This document shows, piece after piece, positions 26,244 to 28,645 of a DNA stretch of 28,645 bases. The stretch comes from Eledone cirrhosa (taxonomy: Eukaryota). Made by a program: the position numbers and the translations under genes. Numbering within the stretch: position 1 is the stretch's first letter; each line of letters opens with the position of its first letter. The DNA is taken from positions 1 to 28,645 of the forward strand of contig CAXHJY010000463.1 in assembly GCA_964016885.1 (NCBI GenBank), read 5' to 3'. The notes beneath the pieces are model-generated. The model was not told where the DNA came from and searched no databases. It saw only the letters and a program-made list of their open reading frames with translations.

Positions 26244-26281
26244 ACTTTTGAAAAGCATAAGAACTGTGAAACCGGTAAAGG
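26244..26281 (+). ncRNA. Third, decayed copy of the U3-A8 hammerhead
   Basis: actt-TTGAAAA-gcataagaactgt-GAAA-ccgGTA-aagg; stem II weakened. Confidence 0.55.
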
Positions 26282-26545
26282 AAACGGATAAATATTCTTA
26301 AAAAGACTCCAGTTGCATTTTCGATTTCATCTATTTTCCTTATATTTTCACTCGTGTAGCACATCTCGTTTTTTTTTCATTTAAAAAAAAACCTCATTTT
26401 CTTTAAACAAAATAATTGTTGAACGTTCAGAATATGTAACAGAAAGTCGGTATATAACAGTTTGGACTACGTTCTTGATCAAACATTAGGTAGATAATTC
26501 CCAGATACAGGAATCTAATAAACAAAAACATGGATGTTTCCCCCC

Positions 26546-26591
<46 letters not shown>

Positions 26592-26685
26592 GTGGTGGAA
26601 CACTGGAAGGTAATATCCGTAGTGGTGGATCACTCAGTCCATGGGACGAGTTAGGTAGAAGTGGTTACACAACAGTTAGTTCACC

Positions 26686-27995
<1,310 letters not shown>

Positions 27996-28002
<7 letters not shown>

Positions 28003-28071
28003 TAACAGATTAAAGTTTAAGCAATGAATCGCTGCTTTGGATTTTAGTCTTCAAATTTATTATTATTACTA
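27996..28071. repeat. Rearranged copy of sequence from 20520-20652
   Basis: First half matches 20611-20652 directly; second half is the reverse complement of 20520-20555. Confidence 0.85.
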
Positions 28072-28080
28072 TATATATAA

Positions 28081-28271
28081 AGGGCGGTGGATTGGCAGTA
28101 TCGGTAGAGGGTCAGACACCATGCTTTCCAGCATAGTTACGTCCCTTTACGATCTGAGTTCAAATCCCGCCGAGGTTGACTTTGCCTTTCGTCCTTACGA
28201 GGTCGATAAAATAAAGTACCAGTAATGAACTGGGATAATTGATGGCCTTGTGCCAAAAGTAGAAACAATTA
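28081..28271 (+). mobile_element. SINE family A, full length
   Basis: agggcggtggattggcagtatcgg...agtagaaacaatta; both flanks contain ctatatata, a possible TSD. Confidence 0.92.
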
Positions 28272-28401
28272 CTATATATATATATATATATATCAATGTG
28301 TTTACGGGTCACTTTCACGACCTTTTAGACCTGTATTAGTTGGAGTGAGGTCATATATTTTGTCGTTCCTGGGGTTTTTAACCCTAGGACAGGAAAATGC
28401 T

Positions 28402-28477
28402 TCTCTGATGATCGTTGCTTTTCCATTAATATCCTCGTGATGTTTAATGTTTTGCACCGTGAAACTGTACAGTTAGG
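28402..28477 (+). ncRNA. Minimal hammerhead ribozyme with large loop II
   Basis: tct-CTGATGA-t-cgttgc...gcaccg-t-GAAA-ctgtaca-GTT-agg. Palindromic stem III aactgtacagtt, stem II with one mismatch, followed by a T-rich tail and (TA)n. Confidence 0.75.
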
Positions 28478-28592
28478 CCATTTGAATAGGTAAATATTTA
28501 TATTATATTTTTTAATTTTGATTAATTTTAATTGTATATTAATTTTGATTTATTTTGAAAAATTGGTTGAATTTTTACTTGTTCTGCTTATC

Positions 28593-28635
<43 letters not shown>

Positions 28636-28645
28636 TTTAGGTAAT

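Larger units (their letters stand above)
25217..26380. mobile_element. Nested inverted-repeat complex of HHR-bearing, probably PLE-derived units
   Basis: 25217-25588 is inverted relative to 26088-26380; 25262-25409 is inverted relative to 25589-25736; 25860-25892 is inverted relative to 26024-26057. Confidence 0.85.

Overview
This is AT-rich, repeat-dominated animal genomic DNA, most likely from a cephalopod (Octopus-like). That assignment rests on recalled SINE/MITE families and the very dense (TA)n/(CA)n tracts, and was not checked against a database. I cannot support any intact host gene: nearly all listed ORFs are microsatellite or low-complexity read-throughs. The window holds a ~6.2 kb (GTT/GGT)n-type compound trinucleotide array, two minisatellites, nine copies of one tRNA-derived SINE, a second SINE type, a 3' fragment of an RTE-like LINE and a degenerate TTAA-flanked MITE. 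The most notable signal is a dense set of about a dozen minimal type-I hammerhead ribozyme (HHR) motifs on both strands (CUGANGA - stem II - GAAA - short, often palindromic stem III - NUH). They lie in short islands mostly next to (TA)n tracts, and several are inside near-perfect foldback inverted repeats. This architecture fits Penelope-like element (PLE) pseudo-LTR remnants. The set includes a U3-A8 compensatory core variant in three copies, a U4A variant, a half-ribozyme hairpin, and an inverted duplication that starts at a predicted cleavage site. All folds were made by eye and none is shown to be active.
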